NCBI GenBank assembly: GCA_036338695.1
Contig: JAYZBQ010000087.1
Span: 1 to 29,112, forward strand
DNA length: 29,112 bases
Direction: 5' to 3'
DNA from: Myxococcota bacterium
Lineage (GTDB): Bacteria; Myxococcota; UBA4151
The notes beneath the pieces were generated by a model that was not told the origin of the DNA, did no database searches, and saw only the letters and a program-made list of their open reading frames with translations. The position numbers and the translations under genes were made by a program. Shown here piece after piece: positions 19,343 to 26,979 of this stretch. Numbering within the stretch: the first letter of the stretch is position 1; the number at the start of each line of letters is the position of its first letter.

Positions 19343-19788
19343 GGCACCTTGGGACCCGGTGTCCCGCAGGTCGTGACGCGTCCACCCTTGACCAACCCGA
19401 GCGGGTTGGCCTCGCCTGCGTTCACCTCGAGTACGTACCGAGCCGGTGCCCCGCTGGGCAGACCCCGCTCTGAGTAGGGCGTGGTGTTTTTTACGACGCG
19501 CACGATCTCGCCTGCAGCGTTGATGTAGACGATATCAAGAGGGATTTGGGTGTTGCGCATCCAGAAGCTACGCGGCTTGTCCTGCTCAAACACGAACCAC
19601 ATCCCCGTGCCCCGCTTGAGCTCACTGCGGTACATCAACCCTCGGGTCCTCTGCTTCGGCGTGAGCGCCTCTTCGACTCGGACTGTGGCCCCTGTCCCTT
19701 GGACGATCACCGTAGGAAGACAAGGCTGAGCCCATGCGCTCGACGCCAGCCCACTCACGCAGAAGGCTGCGAGCGCCCGCCACATCAT
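19339..19788 (-). CDS. DUF192 domain-containing exported protein
   Basis: RGLMYR, GMWFVF, FWMRNTQIPLDIVYI, YVLEVNAG motifs; signal peptide. Confidence 0.92.
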   Translation of the reverse strand: MMWRALAAFCVSGLASSAWAQPCLPTVIVQGTGATVRVEEALTPKQRTRGLMYRSELKRGTGMWFVFEQDKPRSFWMRNTQIPLDIVYINAAGEIVRVVKNTTPYSERGLPSGAPARYVLEVNAGEANPLGLVKGGRVTTCGTPGPKVP

Positions 19789-20177
19789 GGCCCCGCGTCG
19801 GGGGTCACCGGCTCACCGACGGTCGCCCACTCATCGGCGCGCACGCAGTAGGAGCGCGGCGTGCAGTCGAGGCCGGCATCATCGGTACACTCTCGACTCA
19901 GTTGTCCAAACTCGATCGGTCGCTCACAGGTGAAACCAGCCGGACAATCCGAGGCGCGGCTGCAGTCCTGGGTGCAGTATGGCTCATTGCCATTCACCGA
20001 GACGCACAGAAACTGAAAGCAACGCTCAAACGAGACGTCCAGCGCGATGCGGTTTTCACCCTCGCGCGGCTGCAGGACGTCCTCGATGATGCGCTCATCT
20101 TGGGAGCAGCGCTCTCCGATGTCCGTGGGTTCGTTGCACGCAACGAGCAAAAGGATCGGTAAGAATCGTTTCATCAT
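19785..20177 (-). CDS. cglC: Small Cys-rich lipoprotein resembling gliding motility lipoprotein CglC (GltK)
   Basis: Signal MMKRFLPILLLVA-C. C-x4-DIGERC...CxxxxC...YCTxxC...C...C...YC pattern recalls CglC; identification is by recalled pattern only. Confidence 0.55.
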   Translation of the reverse strand: MMKRFLPILLLVACNEPTDIGERCSQDERIIEDVLQPREGENRIALDVSFERCFQFLCVSVNGNEPYCTQDCSRASDCPAGFTCERPIEFGQLSRECTDDAGLDCTPRSYCVRADEWATVGEPVTPDAGP

Positions 20178-20258
20178 GTCCGCCGTGTAGCGCTTCTTGC
20201 GCGCCTTGACCATCAGTCGCGCATGACAACCGCAGGCATCCTCATCTAATCAAAGGTC

Positions 20259-20711
20259 ATGATGACGCTGACCTTCCTGCTGATGACGCAACCGACCGTG
20301 CACCTTGCGCCGCCGCGGCCGCTGCGTGATGCCGTCAGCATACGCTATCAACCAGGAACCACTGCGCCTTTGCGGCTCGTGGAGACCCTTCTGCGCTGCG
20401 CAGCGATGCTCAAGAAGTCTGCGCCTTGGAGCACACCACTGCAGCTGCGCGTCGTCCACCAGCGGTGGCTAGACCGCCAATTTGGCACGGTGAAAAACCA
20501 TCACCGCCGAGGGCGCTATTACCCAAGCCGCAGGGGGCACCAGAGCCTGATCTACCTCGCCGACGGCCGAGACGCATCGATCAGCCTAGCGCATGAGTGG
20601 ATCCACCACCTCGCAAGCGTTTACAATGAAGACTGGACGGAGGCGTACGTCGAGCAGCAAGCACAACGCTGCGCTAGCGGCGTCCTCTCTCCGGAGCCGA
20701 CGTCGCCATAA
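20259..20711 (+). CDS. Small hypothetical protein with HExxH zinc-metallopeptidase motif
   Basis: Fills the gap between the cglC-like gene and the transglycosylase; LAHEWIHH followed by a Glu-containing helix (EDWTEAYVE). Confidence 0.62.
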   Translation: MMTLTFLLMTQPTVHLAPPRPLRDAVSIRYQPGTTAPLRLVETLLRCAAMLKKSAPWSTPLQLRVVHQRWLDRQFGTVKNHHRRGRYYPSRRGHQSLIYLADGRDASISLAHEWIHHLASVYNEDWTEAYVEQQAQRCASGVLSPEPTSP

Positions 20712-23010
20712 CCGACGAGTTCTCGACCCCAAACCGCATCCGGTAGCCGATGTAGCCCGAGAGCACGCGCTTCACGTAGTCTCGTGTCTCATCAAACGGG
20801 ATCTCCTCGACCCACTCATCGATTGGGCGACCTTGATGGCGCCTTTTCCAGCGATCGACGCGCATCGGCCCTGCGTTGTAAGCGGCGATGGCGTGGGCGA
20901 CCCGTCCGCGATAGCGCTTGAGCAGATAGGCTAAGTAGCGGCTACCCAGGCGAATATTGAGGTTGGGCTCGAGCATCGACTTTCGGCTCGGGTTGCGAAT
21001 CCGCAGCCACCCTGCGATCTGCTTAGCCGTCGGCGGGATGATCTGCATTAGCCCGAGCGCATCGGCTGAGCTGATCGCTCTGGGGTTGAACTGGGACTCC
21101 TGACGGATCAGGGCGTACATCAACATCGGGTCCACTCGGTGACGCTTCCCCCATTTGCGTACAGCGTACCAAAAAGGTCTTGGGTGCGCCTCTTTGAGCC
21201 ACTTGTCGCGCTGCGTCGGGGTCAGCGGCGGCAGCTCACCGGCAGCCTGAAGCCCCCGGAGCCAGCGCGCTCGCCCGCTGCGATTGAGCTGCTCAAGGAG
21301 CGCGCTCACGCGCTCGAGCTGCTGCGAAGACGGCTCGTTGATGGGCGCAAGGCGCACCGATCCGGCGAAGGAGCGCTGACTGGCGCGTCCCAGCTGCTTG
21401 GGTAGGACGCTGCTCAAGTATTGACTCAACCCTTTACGCGCCGCGTTTCGGATCCCGGCGCGCGCCAGCCCTTCGGCCTTCACCAGGGGTGCGTCGCTCC
21501 CCAGCGTAACCGCCTTGGTCGCCTCGGCTGCTGGCTTGACGGAGAATCCGCGTATCGCCACAAAGTCGAGCAAGGACGAGGTGTAGTAATTGACCGGATA
21601 GTCACGGAGCAGCTCGCCAAAGTACCGCCGCGCACGCTCGGCGTCGCTGGTCTTGAGCGCCGTACGACCCGCCCAATACAGGGTCCGGTCGCGCCCTTCA
21701 CCGACGCCACCTCGGACGCCCTCTTTCAGCAGGGACTCGAACAGCCGCAAGGCCTCCGCATAGTTCGCCTCGCGATAATGAATCCAGCCCAGACTCCAGA
21801 GGATGCGGGCGCGATTACCGGTCAGGGGGTTGCGCACCATGATCGCCGTGAGCTCCTTGCGCGCCTTGTGAAACCGCCCGAGCCGAGCGTCCATGTCGGC
21901 GATCGCGAAGGTCGCCGCCTCGCCCACCTCGGCGCTGGCGGCGTACTGAGCCACCTTGCCAAAGGCGGCGCGTGCGGCGCGGTACTTGCCGCGCCGGTTC
22001 TGCATATCACCGAGCCCGTAGTAAGCGTGTGCGCGGCTGGTCGTATCACGCGCATCTCGGGTGGCTTGCGTGTAGCGATGCACGGCCGATGTCCAATTCC
22101 GGTGCCGCTCGGAGGCTTTCGCTCGAGCCAGCGCCACCTCGCCTTTGAGCCGGCTCTTCGGCACGCGCCGCAGCGCCAGGTGAAGCTTCTTCAACGTCCG
22201 GTCAGGTCCGTAACCTCGATAGTTGATCAGGCGCTTGCGCATCGTCGCCACGACGCGTCGCTCCGCCTTGCTGTACAGAAACCCGCGCTGCCCCCGCAGG
22301 GCGCTCAAGTCCAAAAGCGCAGGCCCCGTAAAGGAGGACAGCGGCTCGTCGCGGATCAACGTGCGGAACGTAAACGCGGCGTCGCTGATCTGCTTGGCGT
22401 CGCGCAGCAACAGCCCGTAGACGTAGCGACTCACCGGCTTGAGTACTTCATTTCTTCGGTGCCGCTCGCTGAGCTCATCGAGCAGTTCAGCATGCGATGC
22501 GCTCTGGTATCGAGTCCACACCAACAACGCGTCGGCCTCGGCGGCTTCGGCCGAATCGTTTGGGATCGCCTCAAGGACATCGATGGCAGAGGCGACGTGT
22601 CCCTGCCCGAGCCGACATCGAGCCAAGCCGAGAAGGGAGGCGTCTCGCAACGCTGGGTAGTCGGCGGCGAGCCGCTGGAAGCTCTCGGCGCAGCGTTCGT
22701 GACGCTTGAGTCGAAGCTCAGCCGAGGCGCTGAGGAAGCGCACAGGGTTCACCGACTCAGCCTTGGGGTGGCGCTTGAGCCAACGCTCGAGCAGCTGCAA
22801 ACTCTTGCGGTACTGACCGCGCTGAAAGGCTCGTCGCGCCGTCGCTAGCTGACCGGTCCGGAAGGTCAACCACAGGTTGCGTTCAGCGGCGCTCTCCGTC
22901 TCACGGCGCAGCAGCTCAGCTAAATCAGGGCTCGCAAGCGATAGGCTCGCCTGAGCGGGTGCTGCCAGCAGTGCAGCGATCAGAAACGGCGTCAACATGC
23001 GTCCTTGCAT
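20674..23010 (-). CDS. slt: Soluble lytic murein transglycosylase (Slt70-like) with TPR-like helical repeats
   Basis: ALIRQESQFNPRAISSADALGLMQIIPPTA, AYNAGP and EEIPFDETRDYVKRV motifs; N-terminal signal peptide and TPR-like repeats. Confidence 0.9.
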   Translation of the reverse strand: MQGRMLTPFLIAALLAAPAQASLSLASPDLAELLRRETESAAERNLWLTFRTGQLATARRAFQRGQYRKSLQLLERWLKRHPKAESVNPVRFLSASAELRLKRHERCAESFQRLAADYPALRDASLLGLARCRLGQGHVASAIDVLEAIPNDSAEAAEADALLVWTRYQSASHAELLDELSERHRRNEVLKPVSRYVYGLLLRDAKQISDAAFTFRTLIRDEPLSSFTGPALLDLSALRGQRGFLYSKAERRVVATMRKRLINYRGYGPDRTLKKLHLALRRVPKSRLKGEVALARAKASERHRNWTSAVHRYTQATRDARDTTSRAHAYYGLGDMQNRRGKYRAARAAFGKVAQYAASAEVGEAATFAIADMDARLGRFHKARKELTAIMVRNPLTGNRARILWSLGWIHYREANYAEALRLFESLLKEGVRGGVGEGRDRTLYWAGRTALKTSDAERARRYFGELLRDYPVNYYTSSLLDFVAIRGFSVKPAAEATKAVTLGSDAPLVKAEGLARAGIRNAARKGLSQYLSSVLPKQLGRASQRSFAGSVRLAPINEPSSQQLERVSALLEQLNRSGRARWLRGLQAAGELPPLTPTQRDKWLKEAHPRPFWYAVRKWGKRHRVDPMLMYALIRQESQFNPRAISSADALGLMQIIPPTAKQIAGWLRIRNPSRKSMLEPNLNIRLGSRYLAYLLKRYRGRVAHAIAAYNAGPMRVDRWKRRHQGRPIDEWVEEIPFDETRDYVKRVLSGYIGYRMRFGVENSSVMATSAPERGRR

Positions 23011-23045
23011 GGTTCCTTAGTTCGGGCTCCCTGCCCTGTCTGCCG

Positions 23046-23075
23046 AGGTTAACACGGACGATCCAGCGCAAGCAA
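23046..23075 (-). promoter_or_regulatory. Candidate sigma70-type promoter for the transglycosylase gene
   Basis: Minus strand reads TTGCTT-18 nt-TAACCT with an extended -10 TG, 35 nt upstream of the ATG; pattern match only. Confidence 0.25.
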
Positions 23076-23158
23076 ACCGCTGCGCACAAATAGTCCACCT
23101 AGGGCTGCTATCGGCACATCTGGCGAAAACTTCAAGGGTGCGAAGAGCGCCGATGCGG

Positions 23159-23638
23159 CTACCAGACCCAGATCACGCCGGCGCGCATCTCCATGGGCAC
23201 GACCCCGCCTGCGGCGCCCTCATAGCCTGTGTTCGCCTCGACAAAACCGCCCAAAAGACCGAGCAGCTTGAGCTCGTACCCACCACCGACCAAAAGCCCG
23301 AGGTTCGACTGCCCACTCAAGGTCAGCGGGATGCTCGCCTTACCATAGATTCCGCCCCCAAAGACGAAGGCTTTGACCGCCGGGCGAATCGCCTGAAATC
23401 CTCCCGGACGGATGTCCGCGCCGGAGCCCTGCTGCCCGAGCACAGCGCCCACGTCAAAGCGCAGCGAATTGCCCAGCTGGTAACCCAGATTGACGCCTAA
23501 GTTCGGGCCGACGGTCTCCGTCTGCCCTTCCAGCCCGGTGGGCATCACCAGCGCGGCGCCTGTGTCGGCGCTCACAGCCCACTTTGCCTGCGCCGAGTGC
23601 GCGCTCATACCGACGATCAACATCACAACCCAGCGCAT
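23159..23638 (-). CDS. Small outer-membrane beta-barrel protein
   Basis: ATG 23638 with GAGGAG RBS; signal peptide ending AQA; alternating amphipathic strands; aromatic C-terminus (RAGVIWVW). Confidence 0.8.
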   Translation of the reverse strand: MRWVVMLIVGMSAHSAQAKWAVSADTGAALVMPTGLEGQTETVGPNLGVNLGYQLGNSLRFDVGAVLGQQGSGADIRPGGFQAIRPAVKAFVFGGGIYGKASIPLTLSGQSNLGLLVGGGYELKLLGLLGGFVEANTGYEGAAGGVVPMEMRAGVIWVW

Positions 23639-23648
23639 TAGCGTCTCC

Positions 23649-24083
23649 TCACGTTCCTGGTTCTCTGCGGTGCTCACGGGCAACATACGAGATCACGATG
23701 CTCTGCCCGGCGAGCAGCTCCTTGGAGTGACAAGCATAGCCCACCCGCAGCTCCTCTTCACCATAGGCTTGGATCAAGATGTTCCAGGTGGAGCCTTCCG
23801 GGCTTGGCTGGAGGTTGTCCCAGTAGCGGTCAGCCCCTGCTCGCCGCTCATCTGGGGTCAGGTCCCAGACCTGGGTGGCGACCGGATCGATCGGGTCGTC
23901 TTCAGACTTTCGAACGAGGGTGTTGCAGTCGGTGCTCGGCGCATAGAGCTCGATCTTGAGCCGCCCGATCTCAGCGAGCGCTGTGTTACGAGCCAACGGC
24001 AGCTCGAGCACCACCAAATCGCTTGACTCGGCGCCGCAGGCGCTTGTCAGCGCCACCAACGCCATGATCACCGTCCTCATCAT
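23649..24083 (-). CDS. Hypothetical lipoprotein (144 aa), predicted beta-sandwich
   Basis: Signal MMRTVIMALVALTSA-C; ATGA overlap with the upstream gene; one additional Cys pair. Confidence 0.8.
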   Translation of the reverse strand: MMRTVIMALVALTSACGAESSDLVVLELPLARNTALAEIGRLKIELYAPSTDCNTLVRKSEDDPIDPVATQVWDLTPDERRAGADRYWDNLQPSPEGSTWNILIQAYGEEELRVGYACHSKELLAGQSIVISYVAREHRREPGT

Positions 24084-24844
24084 GGTCTCACCTGAACTTG
24101 AATACACGCCAAACCAGCTGACGGCTGACATCCCGTCTGCTCCTCACCCATCAGCAGCGCAGCGCCGACACCGAGCCCCACGGCGCCGGCGCCGATCCCG
24201 ACCCATGTCCAAACGCCCGGCCCGCTCTTTTTGGCTGCGACACGACGCTCTCGTGCGGTCGTCCGCTGAAACGGACCAAGGGTCTCGCCGTCGACGATAA
24301 ACCGAAAGGACAGCGACTCACTGTCCATCATACGGCGCGGCAGCGCAGCGCCGTAGACGCGCCCGTCGGACCCTGGAACGCGCCGGGGCGTCAATGTCCG
24401 CCACTGGCCGTTCATGCGCACCTCGATGAGCGGCTGCTTACCCGACGGAACGTACACCTTGAGTGGAAGCGCCAGCGATAAATCGACGAGCGTCCCGGTC
24501 CGATCCTGCGGCTGCAGCGTATCACCCACCTGCAGCTTGCGTTGATCCTCAATCAAGTCAGCGAGGACCGCTGGCACCTGCCCGTCGGGCTTGGCGAGCG
24601 GGTCCAGCTTGAACGCCTCGCCGGCGCTGTAGCGTGCGCTGGGGTCCTCACCCAGCGCAAACCAAGCCTCGGCGCTGAGGATCCATGCCTTGGCGCGCGC
24701 CTTCGCTGCGCAGCGGCGATCGTCACGCATCGGCGCGATACGCTCGAGCGCTTCTTGCGTCTGCAGCTCTTCGAGCATGCGGCGAGCGTCCGGCAAGCGG
24801 TCGCACGGAGAATTGGAGGCGAGGAGCAGCGTCAGCGCAATCAT
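24080..24844 (-). CDS. Hypothetical exported protein with TPR-like N-terminal part and C-terminal Gly-rich hydrophobic helix
   Basis: ATG 24844 (MIALTLLLAS); helical AWILSAEAWFALG...AFKLDP segment; C-terminal WTWVGIGAGAVGLGVGAALL. Confidence 0.78.
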   Translation of the reverse strand: MIALTLLLASNSPCDRLPDARRMLEELQTQEALERIAPMRDDRRCAAKARAKAWILSAEAWFALGEDPSARYSAGEAFKLDPLAKPDGQVPAVLADLIEDQRKLQVGDTLQPQDRTGTLVDLSLALPLKVYVPSGKQPLIEVRMNGQWRTLTPRRVPGSDGRVYGAALPRRMMDSESLSFRFIVDGETLGPFQRTTARERRVAAKKSGPGVWTWVGIGAGAVGLGVGAALLMGEEQTGCQPSAGLACIQVQVRP

Positions 24845-24881
24845 AGGGGCAGTGTGAACGCATTCAGCGCTCGTTGGCAAC

Positions 24882-26219
24882 TCAGCTTATAATCTCTTTG
24901 CTCAAATTCGTCGTGTAATTGCCTGCGATGAAGGCCGGGTGGTCCAAGCTGGCGCGGTGGAACGCAACCGTGGTCGCGATTCCCTCAACAACGAAGCCTT
25001 CGAGCGCGGTCTTTGAGCGCTCAATAGCCTGCTCTCGATCCTCGCCATAGACGATCAACTTAGCCAATAACGAATCGTAATACGGTGTCACGGTGCTGCC
25101 AGTGACCACACCGCTGTCGACGCGAATGCCCTCCCCAGCAGGCTCCACCCACCGAGTGATCGTGCCCGGACACGGCGCAAACTTTTTAGCCGGATCCTCA
25201 GCGCAGATGCGAAACTCGATCGCGTGCCCATGCGTCTGGATCTGCTCTTGCTCTAGACTCAGCGGCTCGCCTGCGGCGATGCGAAGCTGCCACTCGACCA
25301 GGTCGATGTCATGCGTGAGCTCGCTGACAGGATGCTCAACCTGGAGGCGAGTGTTCATCTCAAGGAAGTAAAACGCGCCGCTGGCGTCGGCTACAAACTC
25401 AACGGTCCCTGCGCCTCGATAGTTGATCCGCTTCGCTAACGCGACCGCCTGGGCGCACAACGCGGCGCGCTGGCGCTCATCGAGCAGGGGCCCCGGCGCC
25501 TCCTCCAGAAGCTTTTGGTGCCGACGCTGCATCGAGCACTCACGATCACCGAGATGGACCACGTGTCCCCGCCCGTCACCAAGCACTTGGACCTCCACGT
25601 GGTGCGGCTCCTCGATGAGCTTCTCGATAAACACGGTGCCGTCGCCAAAGAACCGGTTGCCCTTGTCGATCGCCTCGAGCAGCGCTCGCTCCAGGCGTGC
25701 CGGCTTCTTGACGCGGGTCATCCCGATCCCGCCACCGCCTGCGCTCGCCTTCACTAAGAGCGGGTAGCCGATGCGTTCGGCCTCTCGAACGCCCTCCTCC
25801 ACTGAGGTGATCGCGGGCGTCCCCGGCACCAACGGCAGCCCCGCATTCTGCGCGATACGGCGCGCAGCGACCTTCGAGCCCATCTCGACGATGCTCTCGG
25901 GTGTCGGTCCAATAAAGACCAACCCGGCTGCCTCGATCTTGCGCGCAAACTCGGCGTTCTCGCTGAGGAGCCCATAGCCCGGATGAATCGCCTGCGCGCC
26001 CGAGCGCAACGCCAATTCGATGATGAGGTCCGCGTTGAGGTAACTCTGCGCGACCGGCGCGGGGCCGAGCTCAAACGCTTGGTCTGCGCGCCGAGCAAAA
26101 GGCAGACCGGCGTCGACGTCGGAATGAACCGCTACCGTCTGGATGCCGAGCCGCTGACAGGTTTTGAGTACACGCAGCGCGATCTCGCCGCGATTTGCGA
26201 TCAATACTTTTGAGAACAT
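24882..26219 (-). CDS. accC: Biotin carboxylase subunit of an acyl-CoA carboxylase
   Basis: KVLIANRGEIALR, IHPGYGLLSENAEFA, KASAGGGGIGM, RECSMQRRHQK, FLEMNTRLQVEHPV, YYDSLLAKL motifs; no fused biotinyl domain. Substrate is not determinable from sequence. Confidence 0.9.
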   Translation of the reverse strand: MFSKVLIANRGEIALRVLKTCQRLGIQTVAVHSDVDAGLPFARRADQAFELGPAPVAQSYLNADLIIELALRSGAQAIHPGYGLLSENAEFARKIEAAGLVFIGPTPESIVEMGSKVAARRIAQNAGLPLVPGTPAITSVEEGVREAERIGYPLLVKASAGGGGIGMTRVKKPARLERALLEAIDKGNRFFGDGTVFIEKLIEEPHHVEVQVLGDGRGHVVHLGDRECSMQRRHQKLLEEAPGPLLDERQRAALCAQAVALAKRINYRGAGTVEFVADASGAFYFLEMNTRLQVEHPVSELTHDIDLVEWQLRIAAGEPLSLEQEQIQTHGHAIEFRICAEDPAKKFAPCPGTITRWVEPAGEGIRVDSGVVTGSTVTPYYDSLLAKLIVYGEDREQAIERSKTALEGFVVEGIATTVAFHRASLDHPAFIAGNYTTNLSKEIIS

Positions 26220-26261
26220 ACGCTGTCCGTCGTTCGAAGCACCCCCATCGGGGCGCAGCGT

Positions 26262-26954
26262 CTAGAAGACGTATTTCACCGCAGGTGAGAAGTGCAGGTA
26301 AGGGATCTTACCGCCTAGGACGTAGCCGCCAGCGACGTCCACCCCGACCACGAAGCCGGTGAGCAGCGTCAGATACTTGATCGACACGCCGCCCGAGACG
26401 CTGAAGTCCATGCTCACGGTCGGGAGGTCCTCGGGTTTGAGGGTCGTCGCCGCGTCGGCCTGTGAGACCGCAATACCATTGGACGCAAGAACCATCCCGA
26501 AGCCACCCTTGAATTCGAGCCCGAGACGGAACTGCTCCAGCAGCAGCAGGTAGGTCGCCTGTGGCATCAGGTAGGTCAGCGAGAAGTCCTCAGGTGGAAG
26601 CAGACGGTTCTCATAGAGCGTTCCAGGCATCTGAAACTCAGCGACGGTCCCTACGGCGCCGCCCTTGACGAAGCCTGTACCCAGCAGCATCTGAACGCCG
26701 AAGGTCTTCGTCAGATCTTTACCGACGGTGAAGCCGACGAAAGGCTGAATCGAGCTCGTCGCCGTCTCCGTAGGCACCCAGTTGTCGGAGTTGCAGTCCA
26801 CCTTGCAGTGCTTCAACCCACCGAAGCGGAGGAAGCCACCCAAGTTGGACTCGACGAAGACACCTCGAGGGATCGTGTAGTCTCCGCTGTCGCTCTTTGC
26901 GAACGCAGGAGCAGCGAGCAGGCAGACCGCCGTCAGGGCAGGGAGCATGCGCAT
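26262..26954 (-). CDS. cglE: Outer-membrane beta-barrel resembling gliding motility protein CglE (GltH)
   Basis: Signal peptide. IPRGVFVE start and GVSIKYLTLLTGFVVGVDV...SPAVKYVF end match the recalled CglE pattern. Lies directly downstream of a gltG-like gene, as in Myxococcus. Confidence 0.72.
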   Translation of the reverse strand: MRMLPALTAVCLLAAPAFAKSDSGDYTIPRGVFVESNLGGFLRFGGLKHCKVDCNSDNWVPTETATSSIQPFVGFTVGKDLTKTFGVQMLLGTGFVKGGAVGTVAEFQMPGTLYENRLLPPEDFSLTYLMPQATYLLLLEQFRLGLEFKGGFGMVLASNGIAVSQADAATTLKPEDLPTVSMDFSVSGGVSIKYLTLLTGFVVGVDVAGGYVLGGKIPYLHFSPAVKYVF

Positions 26955-26979
26955 GATCAAGTCACCTTTCGAAACAGGA

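Noticed and set aside
21421..22848. 475-aa plus-strand ORF
   Set aside because: Antisense to the well-supported transglycosylase; Arg/Gly/Ala-rich shadow composition.
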